Shown here: piece after piece, positions 39,750-53,151 of the stretch
How positions within the stretch are numbered: the first letter of the stretch is position 1
Layout of the letters: each line of letters opens with the position of its first letter
Made by a program: the position numbers and the translations under genes
Source of the DNA: Lama glama
Lineage: Eukaryota
Reading direction: 5' to 3'
Assembly: GCA_028534125.1 (NCBI GenBank)
Contig: CM052817.1
Location: 84,942,001-85,006,000, forward strand
Length of the DNA stretch: 64,000 bases
Notes under the pieces: generated by a model
The model's input: the letters and a program-made list of their open reading frames with translations, nothing else
The model's database searches: none
Told to the model about the DNA's origin: nothing

Positions 39750-41960
39750 CAGTTTTCAGCTCTGACATGTATAGAGCTTGGAAATTGTCCCTCCTGCCCT
39801 TGTAACAACAAAAAGTTGAACAAACTGAAAATTAGTCACTTTCTTGGACCCACAAGAGAATTGAATCTTTCGGGCACCCCATCACCCTGAAATCTTGGAC
39901 AGAGTTCAAGCTGAGATTAGATTATCTGAGCAGAAGACTGGAGCCATAATGTGACAGGAACACTTAAATGACAGTTTTGGCAGATTTTTAGAGGCTACCT
40001 ATTGATTAACATGACAGTGGGAGACTTCTGAGAGCCAAAATTATGGAGCCACACTTTTGGAGCTTTACCTGGTTCCCATAGTGATAATCTGAGAAAGAGC
40101 TTCTCCTGTCTCTGGCAGAGGGGTAAGGAGTACTCATTGTGTTTTCTCTCCATAGTAAAAAGCCTTCTCCATGACAAAGATTTACTTTTCAGGAGGAAGG
40201 ACTTTACCACAGTCTAGATGAAGGAAAAACAACCTCCAATCAATAATTCTATATCCAATGACATGATCCTTCAAAATAAGGGAGAAATAAAGTATTTCTT
40301 AGACAAACAAAAACTGAGGTAACTTATTACCAGCAGATCTGCCCTGCAAAGATTGTTAAAAGATGTTCTTTGGGCAGAAGGGAAATGATATTAGAAACAT
40401 GGCCCTATAAAAAGAAAAGAGCACCAGAGAAAAAATAAAGTAAAATAAATAATGTATTTTTTCTTGTTCTAAATTGATCTAAAAGATAACTGTTCAAAGC
40501 AGTACTAGCAATAATGTACTGGAGGATTATAGCATGTGGAAAAATGAAATAAATGACAGTAATGTCATAAGGGATAGGAAAGAGGAAATGAGTGTACTCT
40601 GTTACAAAGATCCTGCACTCATATGAAGTGGAATTAGTGTTATTTGAAGGTGGACTTAGATAAGTTAAATGTGTATATTGTAAACTCTGAGACAACCACT
40701 AAAAGTTTTTTTTTTAAGAATTATAATTGATCCACTAAGAGAGGAGATAAAATGGAATCATCTAAAATACTCAAGACCAAAGGAGGCAGAAAAAGAAGAC
40801 TCAGATAATGAGTAGACCACAGTTGCAAAATGGTTTATATTAATCCAAGTATATCAATAATCACTTTAAGTGATTGGTCTAAACACACTAATTAAAAGGC
40901 AGAGATTATCAGAATAGATTAAAAAAATAAAACCCAAGTATATGTTGACCAGAAACCTGGTTTAAATATGAAGACTTTAATCAGTTAAAAGTAAAGGGAT
41001 GGAGAAAGATGTACCATGCTAACTCTAATAAAAACAAAAGCTGGAGTAGCTATATTAGCTTTAGACAAAGTAGACTTCAGAACAACAAAAATTATCAAGG
41101 ATAGAGATGGGTTCTACATAATGATAAAGGGATTAATTTCTCAAGAAGACTTAACAATCCTAAACATGTATGTGCCTGACAACAAAGAATCAAAATATGT
41201 GAGGCAAAAACTATTAGAACTGAAAGGAGAAATGGACAAATTCACTCTTACAATTGGTGACTTCAACACCCCCTGACAGTAATTGATAGGTCAAGCAGGC
41301 AGAAACTCAGTAAGAATGTAGTTGACTTGAAAAACATTGTCAACTTGATGTAATCAATATTTATAGACTACTCCATACAACAACATCAGATTGCATGTTC
41401 TTCTCAAGCTCATATGGAACATTCACCAAAATAGACCACATTCTGGGTCATAAAACACATTTCTTAAATTTTAAAGAATAGAAATCATACATGGTATGTT
41501 CTAAGAGCACAATACACTTAAACTAGAAATCAGAAACAGAAAGGTCGCACACTTAAGCATCCAGGTTTGGGTTTCTAATACAGTGTTCAAATGAAAAGAA
41601 ACAAGTCTTCTTGGGGAAATGGCTGACTCTAGGACTGAGAAAGAATAGTCAAGATAAGCCCAGAGCATCCTGCAGTGATAGAAAGTAAGGAAGTGCTAAA
41701 ACAATACCTCCACCACAATGATGGGATATGGCAAAGGGACACAGGACCCAACTGAAAGAGCTCCTAATGGCCAAAGCAGGAACAATTTGATAAAATAAGT
41801 AAAGTAGTACTGGATTGTAACTCAAAGTATAAAATAAATATCCATGAAGCTGTAGTGACAAAAATAAATAACTGAAAAAGTAAACTAATGGAGAATGGAC
41901 AAATCTTCCTTGTAGATAATTCCAAATAATTTATGTATATACTTAACCCTTCAGTATAAC
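39750..41960 (+). mobile_element. L1MC-like element: 5' UTR, ORF1 end, endonuclease domain, then 3' UTR
   Basis: ORF 41016-41276 KAGVAILALDKVDF...DGFYIMIKG...LTILNMYVP...IGDFNTP is the L1 APE endonuclease; the L1MC3/4-like 3' UTR begins near 41545. Confidence 0.92.
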
Positions 41961-43179
41961 TGGTAGTTTCACTTAAAAATTGCACTTAAGTGTAACTAAT
42001 TAAAATTTTTAACAAACTAAAAAGAAAAAAAATGCACTTAAACTCCTAATTACCAGTACAGATTTCACTTTCCTATCTTCCTCTGCCTGAAATCCTTTAG
42101 TCTGGACCCTGTCTCCAACCAAACTATACACCTCTGCATTCATCAAGGGCTGACAGGCAGGGTGGTTGCCTGACGCTAGGCTGGGGATGAGAATTTGGAT
42201 GTCTGATTGATCCTTATATAGTCATTAAAAAAAGTTTAAAAATTCTCCCTGTTTTCAGTTCCAACCTCAACACTGCCTTGAGCCTATAAGGACTATAATC
42301 CTGTTTCTTTCTAGAGTTCTGTGATGACAAGTGGGTTTTCTCCTCATTCGCCTTTCCACTCACATTTGTATATGATTTTCCTTCTTTCTAGTCATACTTT
42401 CTTCCACTTATAGTCATATGTTGTGATTCAGGGTCACAGATGCCTCCTGTTTTTACCAATGATAGAGTTTTTCTTTCTGTTTTATTCTTCTTATTGTTTT
42501 AGATGTGACTTTTGAGAAAAGGGTACATAAATATCTTTACTATGTCATCTTCAAACGTGAAGTCCACAGTTGGCTTCTTCAGGGTCATTGTTATTTGATG
42601 ACTAATCTCTTTTGACAATGCTATAAAAGCAGGTTGACTAGCCTGATAGCATTCTACTACAACATTCATCAATAATGAAAATTGTCTTCCCAGCAAAGAC
42701 AATCATTTTGTGATATTTTCAAAGCATTTACATATCCTTAAGGAAAATATGAAATATTTTACATCTTGCAAATTCTGCTGTCCAGTGAACACACTGTGTA
42801 ATTTGTTTTAATCCCCTAAGTGTTTGAGTAGAGCATGGTTCTCCTCTAAACAGATCTCTGCATAAGTTAAAGGGAAATGTGGACCTAGAGTTAGGTGATA
42901 ATATAAAAAGTTTAAAATGAAGTCAACAATAGGTCAAAATTTACTCCAGGGCATATGAGAGAGGGTGAATCATAGAGGTTTCCATCTAAATCTATGCTTT
43001 TCTTAATTAACTTGAAAAACAAAAACTGAATTAGATAAAAAGCATTCAAATACACCTGAATAAGTATACAGTCATCAACATTAACAACATTCCAGCCTTG
43101 TTATTACATGTGAATTATAATTCTTACTAAAATAGAGTCTTTCCTTCTTTCCTTTCTTTCCTTTGTTCTTCCTGCCTGA

Positions 43180-43310
43180 ATTCATTCATCATGTATTTAT
43201 TGCCTGTTATTTTCCAGGCACTGTTCTTTGTTCTGGCAGTCTATCAGTGAATAACATAGATGAAATAATTGGCTTCATGTTGCCTATGTTCAAGAAGGGA
43301 GAATAATAAT
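43180..43310 (-). mobile_element. L2 3' end
   Basis: ttcattcatcatgtatttattgcctg...ccaggcactgttct. Confidence 0.75.
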
Positions 43311-43471
43311 TGTTAACTCTTATGTACTATTTACTGTGAGTCAGCTATGGTTCCTTGTTCTTCATTCACACCAACCTAAGGTTTTGAAATCTTCATTTTC
43401 ACTTATATCATTATTTCATGCTGCCAGTAATCTTTTATATGGATATATGTCCAACTCTTAAAGAATGTGTT

Positions 43472-43632
43472 GGGGGGAGGGTATAGCTCAATGGTAGAGT
43501 GTGTGCTTAGCATGCATGAGGTCCTGAGTTCAATCCCCATCACCTCTGTTAAAGATAAATTAAAAACACAAACTGCCTCCCCCTCCAAAAAATAAAATAA
43601 ATAAATAAAATTTAAAAACAAAACAAAAACAC
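43472..43632 (+). mobile_element. tRNA-Ala-derived camelid SINE (Vic-1 type)
   Basis: ggggggagggtatagctcaatggtagagtgtgtgcttagcatgcatgaggtcctgagttcaatcccc plus A-rich tail; TSD aaagaatgtg at 43460-43469 and 43633-43642, after a TT|AAAG L1-endonuclease-like site. Confidence 0.95.
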
Positions 43633-43709
43633 AAAGAATGTGCTTAATAAAAATTAAAGGGCTTTAGCTTTATATAAATTCTTAAGCTAAATCTTTGTTG
43701 TTGAATATT

Positions 43710-44150
43710 TTTTTCTATCATAAACAAAATTGGAGGGAAAATGCCTGGTTTTCCATTGTTAGGATAAATTCTTAGAAGTAGAATTGTTGGAAAAAGAGTA
43801 ACTTTTTAAAAGATCTGCATACGTATTGCCAAATTATCCTCCAGTAAGATTTTATTTACCAATGATATACACATATTCCTATATTCTCACAGTCAATTAA
43901 TCCCAGACATTAATGTTCTTTTTAATCTCTGCCAATCTGAGAGAAAATATAGTACCTCAGGATATGAATTATTTTCATTGGTTTTTCTTGGTAACCAAAT
44001 ATTAACATTTATTGTGGCTGTGCTTTGAGAGATTTATTTTTCACTTATTACCTTGATTCAGTTTTATTTTTTGAGAATTTTTTTATTTTTGCTTGCTTTC
44101 TATTATTATTGGAATTTCTTCTCACCTCTATAAGCTTACTCTATTTTCTT
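43710..44150 (-). mobile_element. L1ME-like 3' remnant
   Basis: aggataaattcttagaagtagaattgttgg...tattgccaaattatcctcca. Confidence 0.7.
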
Positions 44151-45045
44151 TTTAGAGTAGGAGATATCAAAAGGGAGATAACAAAATTTGTAAGGAAGGC
44201 TTTTGTTGTTGTTGCTGTTTAGAATTGTATAAAACTAAAGCTAACTATTACTTTATCAGTTCCTGAAACCTAAATTTTGTCATATATTTATGTGACCAAA
44301 ATGACAATATATTATCAATGTTAGTCACCTTATTAGAACATTTCCATGTCAAATTTATTTACTTTACCACTGATTAGCGAATGAGATTCAAAAACGCCAG
44401 ATTCATTATTCCGTAAATAATACAGTTGCCTTGTGTAAACTTTTTTTTTACCTAATTGGAGAACATTTGAAATAAAGAAAGCTTTCATTATTAATTAACT
44501 AATTAATAATGAGAATGATTAATGGACCTGTGCCAAATATGTTCATAAAATAATTGTTTTTCCTTGTACTCCCATTCACTTAGGATCATTTATTTCTGGT
44601 TTTATCTATTGTATCAAAATAGGTCCAAAATTCTCCCAATTTCCTTAATGAAATTAATAGCTACATAACATTTCATTTCATTCCAAAACACATTACTAAA
44701 TATCTTGTGGATTGTTTAAAAACATGGAGACATTATGATAGACTCTCAAATAATAGTAATAATAATAGCAATAAGTAAACTTAAAACATGCCCTTTTTCC
44801 AAACAAAAACAATCCAAAAAAACCCCCAAGTTACCTTAAATTTCTAGAAACAGTCCACTTGCTGAGTGAGGCACCTCAGTATGCTATCTAATAGGTTTTT
44901 ATTTTTATTAAACAATCCTAAACTCTCTGCCTCTGTCTTAGTATCTGGGAGAGAAAGAAAGCAAAGTGAAGTACAGCAAAGCCATGTACCCAGGGTTCTT
45001 TGAAAGTCTGCCCTCCCACCCACTGCCTTTTTTCCCATTAGAACT

Positions 45046-45382
45046 GTGATGGCCCTTTAAGAGGCACCATTTAAACTCAAGAGTCCTGCTTCCCCCTGTG
45101 AGACTCTCAATACTTGTTCACCTTTTGTGTCCATACCTCTGGCTGATGCACAGTTTTCAAGATGAATAGTAGCCATTGTAGGACCAGTCACCACCCGTCT
45201 TTATCCAATATGAAGTCATCTAATGGACTTAGCTCTTCAGCCACCCGGAGACCTGGCTTCACCTGCTCTGCCCTGGCTGCCTTTTAGTTAATATCTTTGA
45301 AGCTTCCTGGAAAGCCACATCTTATTCAGGGTAAAACACTGAACAAAGCCAATCTGTCCTTAATCAGTGGTGTATCTTTAAC
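45046..45382. mobile_element. Possible ancient Gypsy-like LTR remnant
   Basis: GC-richer block opening tgtgatggccctttaagagg, reminiscent of MamGypLTR-type LTRs; weak recall. Confidence 0.3.
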
Positions 45383-46727
45383 AGAAAATTTTCATTCTTT
45401 TAGGCATTTCTTTCTTCTCCTAAAGTGAGTAAAATTTGTGACAAGGAAGAAAATTAGTAGCACCTGGAAAGTCTGTTGATGTCATTTAGAATCACAGAAC
45501 AACAAAATTTTTATACCTTGATGGATAATTTGCTTCTTCATGGTTTGATGTGACTTCACAATTAAGTCATAACTTGTCAGCCTGCATTTCCATGTGATCT
45601 TTGATTTTAACAGCTATGTGCTGTTGTGCACTAAAAGAGTAGTTTACATCTCTCACCAACTGAAAACTAAGGATAGGAAGAGTTATTTAAAGATAGTATT
45701 TATTTGGTTATTGGAGATTATTACCATGTTTAAATACATAGAGGGGAATGTTTAAATCTAGTCATCTAGAAACAAAATATCTTTAATGGGATAGCTGAAT
45801 ATTGCAGTGATATTTGTAATATTGTTATGGCTTCTCTGTAAGAAAAGAAAATCCCTGCTCTATTGCATTCAATTGGACAGAATTATCATGTCTCATAAAA
45901 CTGTCAAGTTAATCTGAATCATAGATGTTTGACAGGCAAATAAAGATGAAAATCATTGTTCCAAAAATTGGGGATTATAGATCTCCTACAGAAATATACA
46001 TGTTCAGTTTAATAGTGATAATCCTTCAATTTAGATGAGCAGCATTATCTGCCTTGATAATATTTTTTAATATCAAGGACAAGATTTTATCTTCCACATC
46101 AAAAATACTTTGACAAATTATTACTTGGGGACCCTATGCACACTGTAAAAGTAAAAGTAATGATCTAACAGGTTTCTTTTTTCTTAGAGATATGAAAGTG
46201 GAATTAGAAAGTATGCATTTATAGGTTAAAAATAATCTCTTGAAGCTTATTTTCAATCAAATTTTGTAACGAATTCCAACAACTTTGTCTCTCTTAAGGG
46301 AATTCATCACTATGGTTATTTCTCCACTAAACCTGTTCTTTTAAATCTCAAAAAAATGGAAGAATGATTCACTACCTTAAGAATGTTTACTGAAGGTGTT
46401 TTAGGAAATCTTGACCTTTAAGTGCAGCTTTTATTTGCAGGCCTTGTGACTATTTCACTTCATACATAACAAGAAAAAATGCAAAGAAAAGTAATGAACA
46501 AATTTAATCAAGTATGCTACACCATTATTTTAATCAGATTTTCTAATAGCTTTAGTTTTTATATTTTGATTATAAAATTAAATTGTTTTGTATAGAATGT
46601 AATAAGAAAGATCCAGTGTGGGGTCTTATTTCAATGAGGATTAGAATTGCTGAGCCTCTTTTTTCTTTTTTTTTTTTTTAAGAGATTGTTCATTTTTATT
46701 TATTCAGCTTAAGGCTAGAACTTCCTG

Positions 46728-46775
46728 GAAGGAAGGAAGAAAGGTAGGAAGGAAGGGAGGGAGGGAAGGAGGGAG
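46728..46775. repeat. (GGAA/GGGA)n simple repeat
   Basis: ggaaggaaggaagaaaggtaggaaggaagggagggagggaaggaggga. Confidence 0.92.
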
Positions 46776-47319
46776 ATCTTTATTCATGTGCTTAGCCAAC
46801 TTCTATTGCAGGATTCTATGTGCCACATTTTGTGCTCGAAATCATTCCATATGTGTAAGATTGTATAGCTAATAATAGGCAGAGCAAGATCCAAAGCACA
46901 TTCTCCTTACATTACTACCCTACTTAACTGGAAACATTAAAAGTTGTCTAGAAACCATATGTCAACAACAGGGAATGGTCAACGAGAACCATAAAAATAT
47001 TGGGATGACAAAGATAAATTGACTGTACTCATTCAGCAGTGCCATGGAAATGGGCAGAATGATACACTTATTCTACATCTGTTTTTCCTTTTAATAAGAA
47101 CACTGTATAGTTAAAAAAAACAATTTGTAGTTGCCTTAAGCAATAACTGCAAATATCCATTAATATATTTAATGAAAGATACTATGTTCTTTAATAGAAA
47201 TGTTGTCATGTTAATATTTTTAACTGAGTTAGTTTAAGGGAATGAATCAAGCACATGGTCTCTGAACCTGTCAAATTACAAAATTTTGGAGGCATAGTTT
47301 AATCAATGCAGCAATTTTT

Positions 47320-48915
47320 AAAAATTTTATATTATTGTGATAAGAATACCTAAAATGGGATTCAACCTCCTAAGATATTTTTAGGTATACAAAACAGTGT
47401 TTTTAACTATAGGCATGATGCTGTGCAACAGATCTTTAGAACTTACTCATCTTGCATAATTGAGACTTTATACGCTTGATTAGCAGCTCCTCATTTTCCA
47501 CTTCTTCCAGCCCTAGGCATCTACCACTCTACTCTCTGATTCTATAAGTTTGACTCTTTTAGATAATTCATATAAGTGAAGTTATACAGTATTTATCCTT
47601 CTGTGACTGACTTATTTCACTTAGCATAATGACTTCAAGTTTCATTCATGTTGTTGCATATTTCAGAATTTCCTTCTTTTTAAAGGATGAATAATATCAC
47701 ATTATATATATATAATATATATTATATATATATGGCACATTTTCTTCATCCATTCATCTATAAGTAGACACTTATATTGTTTCCATACCTTGGTGATTGT
47801 GAATAGTGTGCAATGAACGCCGGAGTGCAGATATCTTTTTGAGATCCTGATTTCAGTTATTTTGGATATATACTCAGAAGTGGGATTGTGGATTGTAGGA
47901 TCGTTTGGTAGTTCTATTTTCAATTTTTGAGAAACTTTCACACTGTTTAACATCGTAGCTGCACCATTTTACATTCCCAGCAATAGTGTTACAAGGATTC
48001 CAATTTCTCTACGTCCTCCTTAAAACTGGTTCTGTCTCTCTTGCTCTTTTTTTCAGATAATAGCCATCCTAACACCTGTGTGACAATATCTCACTGTGGT
48101 TCTGATATGCATTTTTCTGATAATTGGTGACATTGAGCATGGTTTCTTATACTGGTTGTCCATTTGTATGTCTTCACTGGAGACACTTCTGTTCAAATCT
48201 TTAGCTCATTTCTTAACCAGGTTATTTTTGTTTTGTTTTGTTTTGTTTTTTGGTAGTAAGTAGTAGTGGTTCTACATATATTTTGAATAGTATCCCTTTA
48301 TATATATGATTTACAATAATTTTTCTATCATTCCATAGCTTGCTTTTTTTACTCTCTTATTTTCTTTGCCTTCACAGAAGGATTTTACTTTGATGTAGTT
48401 CTACTTGTCTATTTTTGCTTTCTTTACCTGTGCTTTTGGTGTCATATTCATGAAATTATTGCTAAGACCAATGTCATGAAGATCTTCCCCCATGTGTACT
48501 TCTAGGAGTTCTACAGTTTGAGATCTTAAATTTAAGTATTAAATCTGTGTTCTATTGAATTTGTATATGATATATGATAAACATCCAATTATATTATTTT
48601 TGCATGTAAATATCAACTTTTCTCAAGATCATTTGTTGAAAAGACTGTCATTTCCCCATTGTGTATCCTTGGCACTCTTGTTTAAGATCAGTTTATTGTA
48701 CATGTGTAGGCTTATTTCTGAGCTTTCTATTCTGTTTCATATGTCTGTTTTTATGATGATGCCATACTGTTTTGATTACTGTAGCTTTGTAAACTATTTT
48801 AAAATCAAGAAGTGTGAGGTCTCCAGCTTTTTTCTTCTTTTTCAAGATTGTTATGGCTATTCAGGACCTTATGTGGTTTCATGTGAATTTTATTGTTTTT
48901 TCTATTTCTATATTT
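47320..48915 (-). mobile_element. 5'-truncated L1 (L1MA9/L1MB-like)
   Basis: ORF 47702-47953(-) QKLKIELPNDPTI resembles the ORF2 C-terminus; 3' UTR closely resembles that of the copy at 15225. Confidence 0.95.
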
Positions 48916-49089
48916 TAATTGTAAAATATATATTTAAAATGCAATAACATATTCAGATATCATATCTTTTAAAAAGTATTAGAAGCTCACCAAACATTAT
49001 TTTAGAAACTATTCTTAAAATAATATAAACATTCATTGTTTTATCCTTTTATAGTTTTGATGACTGCTCTTAAGGACATAGTTTCATTT

Positions 49090-49240
49090 GAATCACACAA
49101 ACATGTTTGATGGAGCTAGCAGGTATCATTACACCTATTTTTTAGATTGTAAATCTGACTCAGAAAGTTAAAAAAATTATTTTCAATGTCACACAGCTAG
49201 TAATTAATGGATCCAGGCTAGAAACAGGTTTATTGACACT
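49090..49240 (-). mobile_element. MIR SINE
   Basis: ctcagaaagttaa...gtcacacagctagtaa...gctagaaacagg. Confidence 0.75.
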
Positions 49241-49374
49241 TAGATATCTTTTTAAAGAGATATTTCCACAGACACTTCCCTATATATTCATTCTGAGAGT
49301 ACAGATAAGCTTGGTTCTATAAGGATAATATTTGTAATGCTATAGATCTTGATCTATAAGAAGCTATCTTAAGA

Positions 49375-49640
49375 AATTCAATTCAGCATTATTTGTAGAT
49401 TGTCTGCTATGTGCCTGGCATTTTGCTGTTTCTGGATAAACACATGTAGATGAAGCATTAGCCCTGATCTCAAGAAGCACACGGTAGTAGAGACAGGTGA
49501 ATACATGATATAATATGATGTAGAAAGCTACTCAGTAACTAAGGAGTATACAAGAAACTCAGAAGGGGGAGGAGTCTTCAACTCTCTTTGGATTGAGCTG
49601 GCTTCATGGAGGATAGAACATCTGAAGTGGAATTTGAAGG
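49375..49640 (-). mobile_element. L2 3' region
   Basis: ctgctatgtgcctggca, ccctgatctcaagaagc, ggcttcatggagga. Confidence 0.75.
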
Positions 49641-49849
49641 ACCTCATTTCCCATTATGCATAATATGAAAACAGCAAGTTGTCCAGCTTAATTAAATGAA
49701 AACAAAGTCAAATTCAGCTAGCAAACATTTTTTCCCTCTAATTTTCATTCCAAATATATATTCACTATATTTGTTGGTAATAAACTGGTCACCCATTATC
49801 TAAAAGAGAAACCAGCCCTACAGACTCTTTCTGACACATTCTTACATAA

Positions 49850-50040
49850 GTACACTTTGTTCTTTCCTGTAGTCATATCATCTCTCAGCCAAACCATTGA
49901 AAAGGTCTTTTGACTGGTCTCCTATATACTACCTCCAGAATAAGCTTCCTAAAATGCAAATCTGGTCTGTCACTGTGTGGCCAGAAACACTTCAATGATT
50001 TCTTGGGCTTCTTGGATAAATGCCAAGTTGGTCTTTATAG
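49850..50040 (+). mobile_element. L2 fragment
   Basis: tgactggtctccc...cttcctaaaatgcaaatctggtctgtcact. Confidence 0.7.
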
Positions 50041-50299
50041 TAAATCAATAAATTTTTCTTAATGTGTAGATTTAGAAAGTGGTTAGTTACTGGGGAGTAG
50101 CAAGTGAGATGCAGATTTGTGGGAGTACACTAGAATTAAAATTATTAGAGTAGGACTTTGTCAGCCTTGCTCAGCTCACCCCATCCCTACCACCAAACAC
50201 AGGCAAGGCACTCGATATTATTTATTAAATATGTCAATGTACTTATACAAATATGATTAATATGCTAGTATTTATAAATAATATATAATAATTAGAAAC

Positions 50300-50582
50300 T
50301 CCTTTTTATTGAGTGTAAGTCATCATGTTAGTTGCTTCACATTAGCATTTTCAATACCTTTAAATGTTTGCATTGTCCTTAATCCATACATTTATATTAG
50401 CCTTAATCTCTGGAATGTTGTCAGAGGATATTATGGTCTCTATTTTATGAGTGCAATAACTGAGACTTAGAAAGGTTAAAAAACTTGCCCAATGCCATGT
50501 AGCTTGATGAGTGGCAGAACTGAGATTCAAAACGAGGTCTGCTTGACTCTAAAATCTGTACTGTTTTCTTTACAACAGTCTG
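50300..50582 (-). mobile_element. MIR SINE
   Basis: aactgagacttagaaaggttaaaaaacttgcccaa...gagtggcagaactgagattcaaa. Confidence 0.85.
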
Positions 50583-51284
50583 CCTGTTTTTTTCTATCTC
50601 TTAAATGTCCCATCTGTCTACCCATATTTATTAAGGTAGCAAATGGTCTTATTTATAAAATTTATCATCCTTATTGCAGAGGAAGTTTTCTGTGTACATA
50701 TTATTCTCTCCTCCCCTACTTCCCATCCTGAATATATTGGGGCTTTTATTTTAAATGACAGAAAAGATTTTCAAAGGCTTTAGGGAGAAGTGGTAGATTT
50801 GGTCACAGTTGTTCTGACTGTGCATAACTATTTTAGCTACAAGGATTTTCTAATTGAAATAATCATGCAAGCTCTGTTAGAAATTGTCTCCTCAGAGAAT
50901 TTACTGTATTTACAATGATTGTATTTTCATAAGTTTTTTTAACAGATTAGGAATTTATCTCCATTGAGCATGATGGATTAACTCCATTAGCTTATAGTTT
51001 TGTATTGGTACACATTAGAAATGTACCTATGCTTGTAATGAATCCTCCCAGTGTTAGATCAAATTCTAACAACATTATATAAACAGAAACTAAAGGGCTG
51101 ATAGTTTTTCCAGAGAAAAGTTAGGATGTGAACAGGCTGCTCATCATAAACAACTGGGGAATCACATTTTAGTAGTAGGAGTCTTATTACTGTTTTTGTT
51201 TTCTATTATTTATTGTTTTGTCTTTTGTTTTAAATTTACATTTTATAACTTTGAGTCTTTATCTTTTAAAAATTGCCTTTTGAT

Positions 51285-51660
51285 TTTTAGCATGTAAGAA
51301 GCATGGAAGTCACTACTCCATCTTAACAAGTAAAGAGCTGAATAAACTGAAAAATCAACACTTTCCTTAAAGAAAAGTCTTCAAGACATTTTTCGCTCTT
51401 CTTAAAGAGAAGTGAGGTAACATGGCAAACTGCTGTTCCCCAAATTGAAGAAACAGACAGGAAAAGACAGAGAAGCACAACTTGCTGAAGCAGAAACCCA
51501 TGAAACTTCCATGAGGACCAGAGTTGGGTCAGGAAAACCTAAACTGTAATTGACAAGTGGTTAAAGGCTCAGTGTTGACAAGTCTGAGAGTTAAAACTCT
51601 AGGGGACCTGGTCAGAGAGAAGCTCCACATTTTTGCGAGTTTTACCTCTAGGAGCTTAGA
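51285..51660 (+). mobile_element. L1MC/MD-like 5' UTR fragment
   Basis: catgtaagaagcatggaagt...aagagctgaataaactgaaaa parallels the 5' end at about 39760-39840. Confidence 0.7.
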
Positions 51661-51669
51661 ATGATTCAA

Positions 51670-52040
51670 TATCAATTAAAATAGAACTGCCCTATGATCC
51701 AGCAAATCCACTTCTGAGTATATATCTGAAGGAAATTAAATCACCATCTTGAAGAGATAACTGTACCCTCATGTTCATTGCAGCATTGTTTACAATAGCC
51801 AAGCATGGAAGCAACCTAAGTGTTTGTTGATGGATGAATGGATAAGAAAATGTTATAGATATTATATAACTCTCACTACACACAAAAAATGGTACCTGTG
51901 TGAGGTGATGGATGTGTTAATACCTTATTGTGGTAATCGTTGCAAAATATGTCCGTATCAAATTAGCATTGTAAATCTCAAACTTACACAGTATTGTCTA
52001 TTGTCAGTTATATTCAATACAGCCAGAAAAATTAATAATT
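51670..52040 (+). mobile_element. L1MA-like 3' end, internally deleted
   Basis: atagaactgccctatgatccagcaa, atgttcattgcagcattgtttacaatagccaag, gtgaggtgatggatgtgttaa. Confidence 0.9.
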
Positions 52041-52059
52041 GAGTTACCTAAGTGTGTGT

Positions 52060-53151
52060 TTTTAGGTCTATTTGAAATACTGTTTCCTTAAGTTCTCTGA
52101 TAGCACAAGTACATAACATTTCTCCAACCACTTGGCCCACTCTTTCCCAACCATCTTCAGGACTTCTTTTCCCTTTACTTACCTCTTTAACTTTGGAACT
52201 CCTTAGCATTTTGTCCACTATCCATGTCTTCTTATTCTGTAGTCTGATCTTAGTTACTTGCATCTACCACTTAATTCTAAGATTTATCTATATTATGGCC
52301 TTGAACTCTGGGACTATGTATTCAAATTTTTGTCAGATATTATCACCTAGGTGACCACATACACCTAAAATGTAGTATGTTAAAAGATGAAATCTTTGTA
52401 TTTGCCTCTCCCAACTTCAGTTTTTTCTGCATTGTTCCCCTTCTTAAAGCATAATCCCACTCAGTTGCCCAGACTAGCAACTTAGATGTTATCCTTAGTT
52501 CTCCATCTTTGTTCATCTTGATTGCATCTCTTACACATCTTGAATTCATCTATTTCTCTACATGCTCGCTTCCAGTGTCCTAGTTCAGACAATCTTAAAC
52601 TCCAGCCTCAATTACTACCAATGATTCTAACTCATCTCTTCCCTCTTAGCTCATTCTCTGTATTATAGCTGTAATTATCTTCCTAAAATGTAAATATGCT
52701 CATTTCATTCCTTAGCTTGTATTCATTGGCTCATTCCCTATTACCTGTAAGATAATATCCAAACTCTTTTAACACAGTTTAAATATCCCTTCCTCCCTTG
52801 GACCATGCATACTTCTTTAGGCTTATCCCCATCACTTCCCTCCCTAACCATATGTTCCAACAGTATTATTTTCATTAAAAAGATCGCCTCAGTTAGGACT
52901 GTCTCTTTCAAGTCTCTTGACTATCCAAGTCTGGCTTAGGTGATAGGTTCCTCCATAAAACACTGTTCTCCTTCTTTGTGGCATTTATCATATTCAATTT
53001 TAATTCACTATTCACCTGTGTGCATCCTTACTTGGCTACACGGTTTCTGTGATGGAGTGCCCATTGTCTGCTGTGCTCCCCCTTATCATCCCAGAACTTT
53101 ACATAGAGAGGGGGCAGTACACATGAATGTATGAATGAATGAATGAATGAA
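52060..53151 (+). mobile_element. L2 LINE, about 1.1-kb 3' portion
   Basis: cactcagttgcccagactagcaac, tcttcctaaaatgtaaat, terminal (tgaa)n at 53123-53151. Confidence 0.88.

Noticed and set aside
41016..41276. Domesticated endonuclease gene
   Set aside because: A stop follows GDFNTP immediately and the flanks are frameshifted; it is an ordinary L1 remnant.
43472..43547. tRNA-Ala gene
   Set aside because: It is followed by a SINE body, A-rich tail and TSD, so it is a SINE head. The same applies to the copies at 7029-7198 and 57306-57429.
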